A stretch of 36,391 nt of DNA from a virus (taxonomy: Duplodnaviria; Caudoviricetes). The stretch spans positions 1 through 36,391 of the IMG/VR virus record IMGVR_UViG_3300037434_000013; one strand, written 5' to 3'. Positions 1 through 6,777 of this stretch are shown piece by piece; the stretch's first letter is position 1; each line of letters begins with the position of its first letter. The notes below the pieces were generated by a model, which saw nothing but the letters and a program-made list of their open reading frames with translations, made no database searches and was not told the DNA's origin. The position numbers and the translations under genes are program-made.

Positions 1-1
1 T

Positions 2-865
2 TGCTTTGGAAAAAATAAGGTAGGGTTTTATGGCGGTGGAAAGAAAAACATTAGTGACATTACAGTTGGCATCGCTGCTAGCATCTCTAAGAATATTGCG
101 GAGTTCCAAGCCGCTGATATCGGAGTTGTTATTCTCGATGAGACACACCACACGCCGGCAACTACTTTCTTCGACATCTCGCAAGGCATGGCAAAATGTG
201 GAAAGATTTTCGGCCTCACAGCCACAGACTATAGGAGTGACGGCAAAGACGTAATGATCACTGCTGGTTGCGGACCAGTACTCATCCGTCGCGATATCAA
301 GTGGGGTGTAGCAAACGGATGGCTCGCAGAACCATATTTCATCGTTAGAAAAGTAAATACAACGGGTAGAGATTTCAAAGACGACAAGTTGAAATCCTAT
401 AAGGAGCATGTTCTAAATTGTCAGATCATGAGAGATCAGATTAAAGATGATGCCCAGAAGATGATGGCTGCAGGTAAAGCCGTACTTATCTTAGTGGATG
501 AAGTTGCTCACGGTCAAGATCTAAGTAAAGAGTTAGGTATTCCATTTGCCACAGGTCTAGATAAGCAATCTCAAGAATACGTCAATCAGTTGAATGCTGG
601 CAAGATTCCAGGTTTAGTTGGAACTGATGGGAAGATCGGTGAAGGCTCTGATACTCAGAATGTAGATGTCTTAGTTCTAGCTAACTTCGTTGCAAGTAAG
701 GGACCAGTTACTCAAGCAGTTGGACGTGGTTTACGTAAGCAGGGTACAAAGACCAAGTGCATCATCTTGGACTATATCCCCATGGGATCGACAATGTTAA
801 GTCGACATGGTTTTAATAGAGTTGGATACTATCAAGAGATCACTGATAAGGTTAAAGTGATATGA
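2..865 (+). CDS. Superfamily 2 (DExH) helicase, UvsW-like; 5' truncated by the window edge
   Basis: The frame of ORF 188..865 is open back to base 2 and contains VILDETHH (motif II), GLTAT (III), IGEGSD (V) and QAVGRGLR (VI). Confidence 0.9.
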   Translation, partial: CFGKNKVGFYGGGKKNISDITVGIAASISKNIAEFQAADIGVVILDETHHTPATTFFDISQGMAKCGKIFGLTATDYRSDGKDVMITAGCGPVLIRRDIKWGVANGWLAEPYFIVRKVNTTGRDFKDDKLKSYKEHVLNCQIMRDQIKDDAQKMMAAGKAVLILVDEVAHGQDLSKELGIPFATGLDKQSQEYVNQLNAGKIPGLVGTDGKIGEGSDTQNVDVLVLANFVASKGPVTQAVGRGLRKQGTKTKCIILDYIPMGSTMLSRHGFNRVGYYQEITDKVKVI

Positions 866-1101
866 ATTTTCGTAGACCAAAGCAAGAAGTTATAAATAAT
901 GCTCACAGTGCTGCTATGAGCTGCGGACAAATGTACGTACCAGATTTTCAGTATATGACCATAGATCAAGCAAAACGAGAACTTCAAAATAGTATAAATC
1001 TTGCTATCGCTAATGCAGTTAGAGCTGGAATCCAAAGTCTAGTAAATGATGTGTACACAGATGAAGAATTTGAGAATGATATCGGTCTCAACAAACCCTG
1101 A
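862..1101 (+). CDS. Hypothetical protein
   Basis: 79-aa ORF with an ATGA overlap on the helicase stop. Confidence 0.7.
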   Translation: MNFRRPKQEVINNAHSAAMSCGQMYVPDFQYMTIDQAKRELQNSINLAIANAVRAGIQSLVNDVYTDEEFENDIGLNKP

Positions 1102-1107
1102 TAGAAT
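1099..1107 (+). promoter_or_regulatory. Extended -10 promoter (TGaTAGAAT), 6 nt before the lysozyme ATG
   Basis: Motif match; the same geometry recurs at several other genes. Confidence 0.6.
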
Positions 1108-1113
1108 CTATAT

Positions 1114-1563
1114 ATGCAAATAAGTAAAAACGGTTTAAATCTAATCATCTCTTTCGAAGGTCTAAAACTTGACCCATATAAAGATTCAGCTGGTATTCCT
1201 ACCATTGGTTATGGAACTATCCTTTATCCAGATGGAACTTCCGTTACGATGGATGATTCCACTATTACTCAGGATCAAGCTTCGCAGTACTTAGAGTGGG
1301 AAGTGAATCAGAAGGCTGCTCACGTTACTAATCTAGTTACAGTACCTGTAAACCAGAATCAATTCGATGCCTTAGTATCCTTTGCCTACAATGAAGGCGT
1401 TGGAGGTCTTGGCGGATCTACTCTACTTAAGTTACTTAACTCAGGTGACTATGATGGTGCTGCTGCTCAATTCCCTAAATGGGACGTAGCTGGCGGACAC
1501 GTGGTAGACGGGCTAGAACGTAGACGTCTAGCAGAACAAGCTCTTTTTCAACAACCAATTTAA
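1114..1563 (+). CDS. GH24 phage lysozyme (endolysin/muramidase)
   Basis: FEGLKLDPYKDSAGIPTIGYG carries the E-x8-D-x5-T triad; also NQNQFDALVSFAYN and GLERRRLAE. Confidence 0.95.
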   Translation: MQISKNGLNLIISFEGLKLDPYKDSAGIPTIGYGTILYPDGTSVTMDDSTITQDQASQYLEWEVNQKAAHVTNLVTVPVNQNQFDALVSFAYNEGVGGLGGSTLLKLLNSGDYDGAAAQFPKWDVAGGHVVDGLERRRLAEQALFQQPI

Positions 1564-1567
1564 AAAT

Positions 1568-1578
1568 TGTGGTATAAT
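1568..1578 (+). promoter_or_regulatory. Consensus extended -10 promoter TGTGGTATAAT driving the tRNA-like/Pth2 cassette
   Basis: Perfect TRTGnTATAAT ending 9 nt before the tRNA-like RNA. Confidence 0.75.
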
Positions 1579-1587
1579 CAAATCTAC

Positions 1588-1669
1588 GGCGGGTTAGCTC
1601 AGTGAAAGAGCACCTATCGGGAGCAATCTTGATAGGAGGTCGGAGGTTCAATTCCATCTCCTGCCACCA
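1588..1669 (+). ncRNA. Anticodon-less tRNA-like RNA with encoded CCA
   Basis: Acceptor GGCGGGT/TCCTGCC+A+CCA, D arm GCTC/GAGC, T loop TTCAATT. The anticodon arm is replaced by CCTATCGGGA-GCAA-TCTTGATAGG (10 bp plus a GNRA loop). Confidence 0.8.
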
Positions 1670-1686
1670 ACTTTAAGAAAGGTTAT

Positions 1687-1713
1687 ATGTCATAGATTAC
1701 TGGTCCTCCCTAA
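1687..1713 (+). promoter_or_regulatory. Putative leader minigene M-S-(TAG)-I-T-G-P-P-TAA
   Basis: ATG TCA TAG ATT ACT GGT CCT CCC TAA preceded by SD-like AGAAAGGT (1676-1683). Function is inferred. Confidence 0.5.
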
Positions 1714-1767
1714 ATCCTATTAAGCTTCGCATAGACTTCAATACTATCAACTTATAAAGGATTTAAA

Positions 1768-2337
1768 ATGAAAACACAAATATCAAAACTCAAGCAAGAC
1801 CTCAAGGGTATTGCAAAAACAATCAGACAACAAAAGAAACTTAGAAAGCCATCTCATCCGCACCACGATAAGTATATCGGTGCCTGGAGTGTAGAGTTAC
1901 TTTCTATACAATATAGACACAAGCATGTCGCTTATTGCCTTGCACGAGGTCGCACTCTAGAGCAATGTGATAGCGGCAATGGCCTTGACATGGACTACGT
2001 CAATTGGCTCCTAGAGGTGATGAACCCGGAGTCTAAAGAGAAACTCTATGTCGTTGTGAATCAAAAGCTAACGGCATCGCAGCAAGCAGTTCAATCTGCT
2101 CATGCAGTAGCTGAGTTCATGAAGAAGAACCCTCACACCCTGTGGACAAATGGTTACCTTATATTACTAAAGGATAATCCATCTTCTCGCGGAGATATGT
2201 CTTACTACGGTGTATGCAACAACTATCAGCATCAGCGAGCAGAATTCATAGAGCCGGATCTTGGTAACAAGATAACCGCATATGCGTTCTTTGGGCCGAA
2301 TGCTACTCAGCAACTCAAGGATAAGTCTCTTCTTTAA
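1768..2337 (+). CDS. Two-domain protein: basic N-terminal domain plus C-terminal PTH2-like peptidyl-tRNA hydrolase domain
   Basis: SD AAAGGA. KLYVVVNQKLTASQQAVQSAHAVAEF resembles the Pth2 first strand/helix (KxVxVVRxDL...AQxAHA); later EFIEPDLGNKITAYA. Confidence 0.7.
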   Translation: MKTQISKLKQDLKGIAKTIRQQKKLRKPSHPHHDKYIGAWSVELLSIQYRHKHVAYCLARGRTLEQCDSGNGLDMDYVNWLLEVMNPESKEKLYVVVNQKLTASQQAVQSAHAVAEFMKKNPHTLWTNGYLILLKDNPSSRGDMSYYGVCNNYQHQRAEFIEPDLGNKITAYAFFGPNATQQLKDKSLL

Positions 2338-2349
2338 TTAGTATAAATA

Positions 2350-2423
2350 GATTGTAGTGCCAACGCGTGACGTGCGCTGGGTAAATGCCGTCCCTACGGG
2401 AAAATAAACTCGGCTACATCAAT
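2350..2423 (+). ncRNA. Candidate small structured RNA
   Basis: GC-rich island in an AT-rich spacer with closing stem TGTAGT/GCTACA, hairpin 2360-2380 and TCCC-TAC-GGGA, downstream of TATAAA (2342-2347). Confidence 0.35.
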
Positions 2424-2426
2424 TTT

Positions 2427-2561
2427 ATGACTGAACGAACTGTATACTTAACTATAATCCTCGGAATGCTCTTAACCATGTGCTATTATTTCTCTTGGGA
2501 AACTCAGCACTATGAATATATTGAGAGTAAGTTCGACATAACATTTTCCCACTGTAAATGA
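2427..2561 (+). CDS. Small putative membrane protein (44 aa)
   Basis: Read by hand: MTERTVYLTIILGMLLTMCYYFSWETQHYEYIESKFDITFSHCK, one hydrophobic segment, no clear SD. Confidence 0.45.
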   Translation: MTERTVYLTIILGMLLTMCYYFSWETQHYEYIESKFDITFSHCK

Positions 2562-2636
2562 TCTCTTAGCTCAATTGGTTAGAGCGGACCCCTCTAAAAG
2601 GTACGGTTATCGGTTCGAGCCCGATAGAGATCACCA
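2560..2636 (+). tRNA. Amber-suppressor tRNA (anticodon CTA)
   Basis: Perfect 7-bp acceptor GATCTCT/AGAGATC, A73 and CCA; D arm GCTC-AATTGGTTA-GAGC; loop CT-CTA-AA (anticodon 2594-2596); T arm ATCGG-TTCGAGC-CCGAT. The anticodon stem has two mismatches. Confidence 0.85.
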
Positions 2637-2747
2637 AGTTTATGCACACGATGAATCTTAATTCACAAGAAGCAAGCAACGCGTATAGTGACCTAATAAG
2701 GCTTCTATGGAAATTAGAAATTATACGCTTAGACCTTCTCGGTCTTC

Positions 2748-3488
2748 CTAATCAACCCAGTATTTGGCGTAAGGGTTTGTATTCTTCGGCTGATAGTATA
2801 TGGATGCAACGTCCTTCATCCCATTTGGATAATCTTTTAGAAGACGATTCATAAAGATCTTGTAACCCAACTTATTCAATAAACTAACCTTACTAACGTT
2901 ATTTCCTAAGTGCCATGCTAGTCGTCTAGCATCTGTGTTACCTATGTCTGTACCGATACAGCTTAATGCTAGGATGATAGCGCTGTATAGGAAGAATGGT
3001 AAGAAAGCTAATCTAATCAAGTAGTGTAGAGGATCTTCTAGACTTGGGAAAGCTGCTGCAGCCATAGCTGCAATAATCTGAGGCTGTCTGGCCATGAAGG
3101 AGTTAGCAGTCCAGGTTCCAGGAGAGTTATTGTTCATGCAACCAAAATATCTGAAGATAGCTCCGAGCATCTTCCTCGGTAACGCGGTATTTCCCATCTC
3201 AGCCATGCCGTTAGTAGCCCCGTAGAAATCGTCTGGTTCTTCTTGATCAGTATCGTTTGGAGCTCTGTTAAGTAATCCATTAGAGTCTACACAAGAACCC
3301 ATTCTAGTATCAAAATCCGTTTGATCTTGAGGGGTTAGGTTGCCAGTCTTCTTGAGCATTATGAAGTACTCGCTGGTATACATCGGTCCATTATCTGATC
3401 CCTTACCAACCGGTGGTTGCGGTTGTGGGTTAGGGGTCATCAGTTTATTTCCGTCTACATATGTCGCGAAGTCATCTTTGATACTCAT
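2748..3488 (-). CDS. Hypothetical protein (the only convincing minus-strand gene)
   Basis: 246-aa ORF with its own TGaTAGTAT promoter 6 nt upstream; ends in TAG. Confidence 0.85.
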   Translation of the reverse strand: MSIKDDFATYVDGNKLMTPNPQPQPPVGKGSDNGPMYTSEYFIMLKKTGNLTPQDQTDFDTRMGSCVDSNGLLNRAPNDTDQEEPDDFYGATNGMAEMGNTALPRKMLGAIFRYFGCMNNNSPGTWTANSFMARQPQIIAAMAAAAFPSLEDPLHYLIRLAFLPFFLYSAIILALSCIGTDIGNTDARRLAWHLGNNVSKVSLLNKLGYKIFMNRLLKDYPNGMKDVASIYYQPKNTNPYAKYWVD

Positions 3489-3494
3489 CTAACT

Positions 3495-3503
3495 ATACTA
3501 TCA
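3495..3503 (-). promoter_or_regulatory. Extended -10 promoter (TGaTAGTAT) in leaderless geometry
   Basis: Reverse complement of atactatca; 6 nt to the ATG at 3488. Confidence 0.55.
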
Positions 3504-3563
3504 CAAGGTTTATGGGAGCCCACCTACAACATCCTAAGATTTAAAGCGCCTTATAGGGCTATC

Positions 3564-3602
3564 TTCGTTTGCGAAGCAAACGAACACGCGCGCTTGCGCG
3601 CG
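3564..3602. repeat. Two adjacent perfect inverted repeats in the divergent intergenic region
   Basis: TTCGTTTGC-GAA-GCAAACGAA (3564-3584) and CGCGCGC-TT-GCGCGCG (3587-3602). Confidence 0.85.
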
Positions 3603-3763
3603 AGACTAACTAAAGCGCAACTAAGGTTTCTAAAAGATAGATTGACTAACAAAACCCTTCTCTATGATACCCACGAAGCGTATGTTTTTCACGCGGCTTG
3701 AAAAATAATTATTAACCACTATGTACGTATGTCTATCTGTATAAATCCATCACGGAGAGATTT

Positions 3764-4282
3764 ATGAGTAATGAATTTAAAGAGGGAACAATTGAACAAG
3801 TTAGAAATAGATATTTTAAGATCAAAGTCGAAATACTCAATGGAGGCAAATTGCCCTATAAAGCAAACCAAACCGACGCGGGGTTTGACCTCTACGCAAC
3901 TGAGGATATTGCAATCTACCCTGGCCAGCTTGCAAAACACCCTCTCAACATCAGGCTTCAATTCCCAGCAGGAACGTGGGCGGAGATCACTTCGAAATCT
4001 GGTCTTGGTTCACAAGGGCTCTTAGTATTCGCAGGTGTGATCGATCAAGAGTATCGCGGCATTCCACACGTCGTCATGTCTAATATTTGGGTAATGGATC
4101 GCTTGGATGAGGACGGTTACCCGTTGATGCGCACCAACCCGATCGTTATCAAGAAGGGTGAGAAGCTTGCACAAATGATCATGAGCCCTTACTCGCCCGA
4201 ATATTTCATCGAGCAGGTAGAGCAAGTAGATACTAATACTACTCGTGGAGCTGGCGGATTTGGAAGTACAGGCAAGACATGA
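3764..4282 (+). CDS. dut: Trimeric dUTPase
   Basis: Five motifs: AGFDL, SKSGL, GVIDQEYRG, AQMI, RGAGGFGSTG; SD GGAG. Confidence 0.95.
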   Translation: MSNEFKEGTIEQVRNRYFKIKVEILNGGKLPYKANQTDAGFDLYATEDIAIYPGQLAKHPLNIRLQFPAGTWAEITSKSGLGSQGLLVFAGVIDQEYRGIPHVVMSNIWVMDRLDEDGYPLMRTNPIVIKKGEKLAQMIMSPYSPEYFIEQVEQVDTNTTRGAGGFGSTGKT

Positions 4283-4716
4283 GTAATGTAGATATAATGC
4301 TAGAACTTAAACTAGTATTAACAGAAATCTTTGGACCTTGTCTTAGAGATTTTCACATAGAACAATTTGGAGGCGTACAGTCCGTACCTTCTATGGGTGG
4401 TCCAATCATGACACAGATGTCACAACCCACTACTAGACTTCATCTTAGATTAGCATTATCAGAATCATACATGATGAGAATGAATCCACAAGGTTCACTG
4501 GAAAATTGGTTAGACCTTGGTCCTAACGCCTTCTGTACAAATCGCTCTCAAAGCTTTTCTAGTAAGACTATGCTTCTTCACGAAATAGAAGTCTCTTATG
4601 CCCTTGTTGGAACAATAGAAGAATTTATAGATTTTAATAAAAACAAGGCTTGGAAACGCTTTAATGCGTTGATAGATGAACAGTTAAGTGAGGTGCTAGA
4701 TGTGGACGATAGGTGA
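4279..4716 (+). CDS. Hypothetical protein
   Basis: 145-aa ORF with an ATGA overlap on dut. Confidence 0.75.
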   Translation: MSNVDIMLELKLVLTEIFGPCLRDFHIEQFGGVQSVPSMGGPIMTQMSQPTTRLHLRLALSESYMMRMNPQGSLENWLDLGPNAFCTNRSQSFSSKTMLLHEIEVSYALVGTIEEFIDFNKNKAWKRFNALIDEQLSEVLDVDDR

Positions 4717-5119
4717 TGTGATCGATATAATGAATGAAGGCGTACCATTCTTTGATTTGGGCACTATGGTAGTTCAAGCAGATCCATCTAATGGTGTTAG
4801 CTTATCTGTAAGTGGTAGCGTAAGATTACCTCTTGAAAAGGCTAAGCATTTAAGTTTCTGTGCTGGTACGGATTTAACTAGCAACATATTTCAAATGTTT
4901 CATCCAGAACTTACAGGGATGAATGGTCTAAGTCAGAGTAATAACTATATGATTATGGGTGCAGGTTACGGTAACAACCATTGGAGAATAGAGAATGGTT
5001 TCGTTATACTTCAAGTTATGTTCTCCTTGCATGAACCTAATATAGCGCAAACAGCTCGTAACATAAGGGACAGTAATTTCTATAGTGTGTTTGAGGCGGC
5101 TTTAAATGATAAAGATTGA
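4700..5119 (+). CDS. Hypothetical protein
   Basis: 139-aa ORF with SD GAGGTG, tiled between its neighbours. Confidence 0.75.
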   Translation: MWTIGDVIDIMNEGVPFFDLGTMVVQADPSNGVSLSVSGSVRLPLEKAKHLSFCAGTDLTSNIFQMFHPELTGMNGLSQSNNYMIMGAGYGNNHWRIENGFVILQVMFSLHEPNIAQTARNIRDSNFYSVFEAALNDKD

Positions 5120-5462
5120 AAACAATAATGTAGCATATTTCGATGTAGACGACACCTTGATCCATTGGAAGTGGGAAGCAGATAGGGATCATGAGAAGAT
5201 CTATATCGGCATTGAGGGAAGTCTTCTTCAAGGCGAAGTAGTTCCACACCATGTTCATATTGAGCGTCTTAAGCGACATAAGGTTATTGGTAATGCTGTA
5301 GTCGTCTGGTCTCGCTCTGGATGGGATTGGGCTAACGCTGTCGTTAAGGCCTTGAATCTAGAGGACTATGTTGATGCTGTGATGGCTAAACCTTTCTATT
5401 ACTATGATGACAAGAAATGTTGCGACATTCTTGGTGAGCATAGATATTGCAATGACGTCTAA
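5106..5462 (+). CDS. Capless HAD-superfamily phosphatase
   Basis: YFDVDDTL (DxD motif I), VVWSRSG (II), KP (III), YYDD (IV). Confidence 0.85.
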   Translation: MIKIENNNVAYFDVDDTLIHWKWEADRDHEKIYIGIEGSLLQGEVVPHHVHIERLKRHKVIGNAVVVWSRSGWDWANAVVKALNLEDYVDAVMAKPFYYYDDKKCCDILGEHRYCNDV

Positions 5463-5492
5463 CTAAGTATAATGCTCCCTACGGAGCAATAC

Positions 5493-6263
5493 TTGGACAA
5501 TCTTTCAAACATCTTTCAAACTAACGTTCGAATTCATAACCAGGACGCTATGAGTCCAAGTGCCGTTTGGCCTAAGAATACAGAGATATGCATCTCGCGT
5601 GTTCCCATTAGGAAGCGAGACGGTTACGATCCTGTTAAGTTCAAGGAGTTTGCAGCTAAGCTCAAGAACTATATGGTTCCCAATGGAATCGTGTTCCTAA
5701 TATGCTACGCTCCAATTGAGGCCAAATGGCGTCCATTCGAGATTGCTAAGATGATGGCTGATGCTGGCTTTACTCACATCGACAATATAGTGATTCAAAA
5801 GACCTGGTATCCAGGCAAGCGCTCTGAAACTAACTTAGTTAACTCACATGAGTATGTTCTTCACTTCTGTAACGGCAATGTCTGGAAATTAGATCGACTG
5901 CCTATCAGGGAATATATGAAGACTGAAGACGATAAGTCTTGTCCAGGTAATACCTGGGAAATTGAAACAGGTTCACTGGACGAGGCATATCCAGTTGACC
6001 TAGCAGAACTCCTAATTAGGATGACAGATTGTTTGCCAGGCTCAGTTATATTCGATCCTTACTGCGGTGGAACAGGTTCACTTAAAGCAGCACTTAAATT
6101 AGGTCATAGTTTCTTCGGCTTTGAGAACGACTCTAAGCAGATTAAGAAGTATGAGAAGGTAGTAAAAGAATATAACAAGGAGATGGACAATGCCGTCAAA
6201 CAGCGGAAACCCGTTAGCACTAAAAAAGTCAATAAGCCAGGCAGTACTAAACCTAATAAGTAG
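5493..6263 (+). CDS. Beta-class DNA amino-methyltransferase-like protein with degenerate catalytic motif
   Basis: SAM-binding FDPYCGGTGS plus HEYVLHF and YPVDLAELLI; the DPPY/SPPY position reads SRVP. The TTG start at 5493 has SD GGAG; the alternative start is ATG 5472. Confidence 0.75.
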   Translation: MDNLSNIFQTNVRIHNQDAMSPSAVWPKNTEICISRVPIRKRDGYDPVKFKEFAAKLKNYMVPNGIVFLICYAPIEAKWRPFEIAKMMADAGFTHIDNIVIQKTWYPGKRSETNLVNSHEYVLHFCNGNVWKLDRLPIREYMKTEDDKSCPGNTWEIETGSLDEAYPVDLAELLIRMTDCLPGSVIFDPYCGGTGSLKAALKLGHSFFGFENDSKQIKKYEKVVKEYNKEMDNAVKQRKPVSTKKVNKPGSTKPNK

Positions 6264-6777
6264 TGGTACTCCTAGTCAAGTAGGTAATCAAAGTTTCTTG
6301 ATGGATGATATCTATCCAGCTATGAGATCCTGTTTCTCTGATGAAGCGGGAAAAGCTCTTCATAATAGAGCTAAGACTACCCTGTATCAATGGGATGAAG
6401 TTAAGGGTCACGAAGGACTCGCTAGTTTATTGCATAAACTTCAATTTAAAACTGGTCACAATGCTTATGCTTGCTATCGACGTGTAGCGCCATGTTTCTA
6501 TTTTGGTGGTGCATGTGAAGGACAGTATATTGAAAAAGTCGCAATGAAGTTAATAGACATGATAAATGACTTAGCATCTAAAAAGTACATATTAGCTACT
6601 TTGGCGCCATTAAGTATAATACAGATGGCACTTACAGGTCCATTAGATAAACAGAAGTATGTAATAGTTTCTTACCTACATCTGGATCAAGTTGGAGAAG
6701 CCTATGTCAAAGCAACCTATCCCCATCTTTGTATGGAAGAGGGTGCTTACCCTAAAGAATTTGGAGACGACGAATGA
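6190..6777 (+). CDS. Hypothetical protein
   Basis: 195-aa ORF with SD AAGGAG upstream, coupled to groEL. Confidence 0.75.
   Translation: MPSNSGNPLALKKSISQAVLNLISSGTPSQVGNQSFLMDDIYPAMRSCFSDEAGKALHNRAKTTLYQWDEVKGHEGLASLLHKLQFKTGHNAYACYRRVAPCFYFGGACEGQYIEKVAMKLIDMINDLASKKYILATLAPLSIIQMALTGPLDKQKYVIVSYLHLDQVGEAYVKATYPHLCMEEGAYPKEFGDDE

Noticed and set aside
1099-1104. TGA-TAG tandem stops (also 13303-13308) as anti-readthrough safeguards
   Set aside because: Better explained as part of the TGATAGAAT promoter motif.
1618-1631. Intron-containing ordinary tRNA
   Set aside because: Only 7 extra nt, fully paired, and no canonical U33 anticodon loop results from simple removal.
1588-1713. tmRNA or YrlA-type Y RNA interpretation of the tRNA mimic
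   Set aside because: It has a D stem, no G3.U70, no internal tag ORF or pseudoknots, and normal 5'/3' ends at the acceptor stem; no Ro/Rsr gene is visible.
2342-2349. T4-type late promoter TATAAATA
   Set aside because: Single noticed instance and absent before the head genes, which use TGnTATAAT-like motifs.
2350-2423. Hammerhead or twister ribozyme
   Set aside because: No CUGANGA core, and only a superficial AAUGCCG-UCCC resemblance to twister without its pseudoknot partners.
2642-2854. 70-aa plus-strand ORF after the tRNA
   Set aside because: No SD, overlaps the convergent gene by 107 nt and has no motif; left uncalled.
3417-3701. 94-aa ORF across the divergent intergenic region
   Set aside because: Overlaps the start of the minus-strand gene and runs through palindromes; likely spurious.
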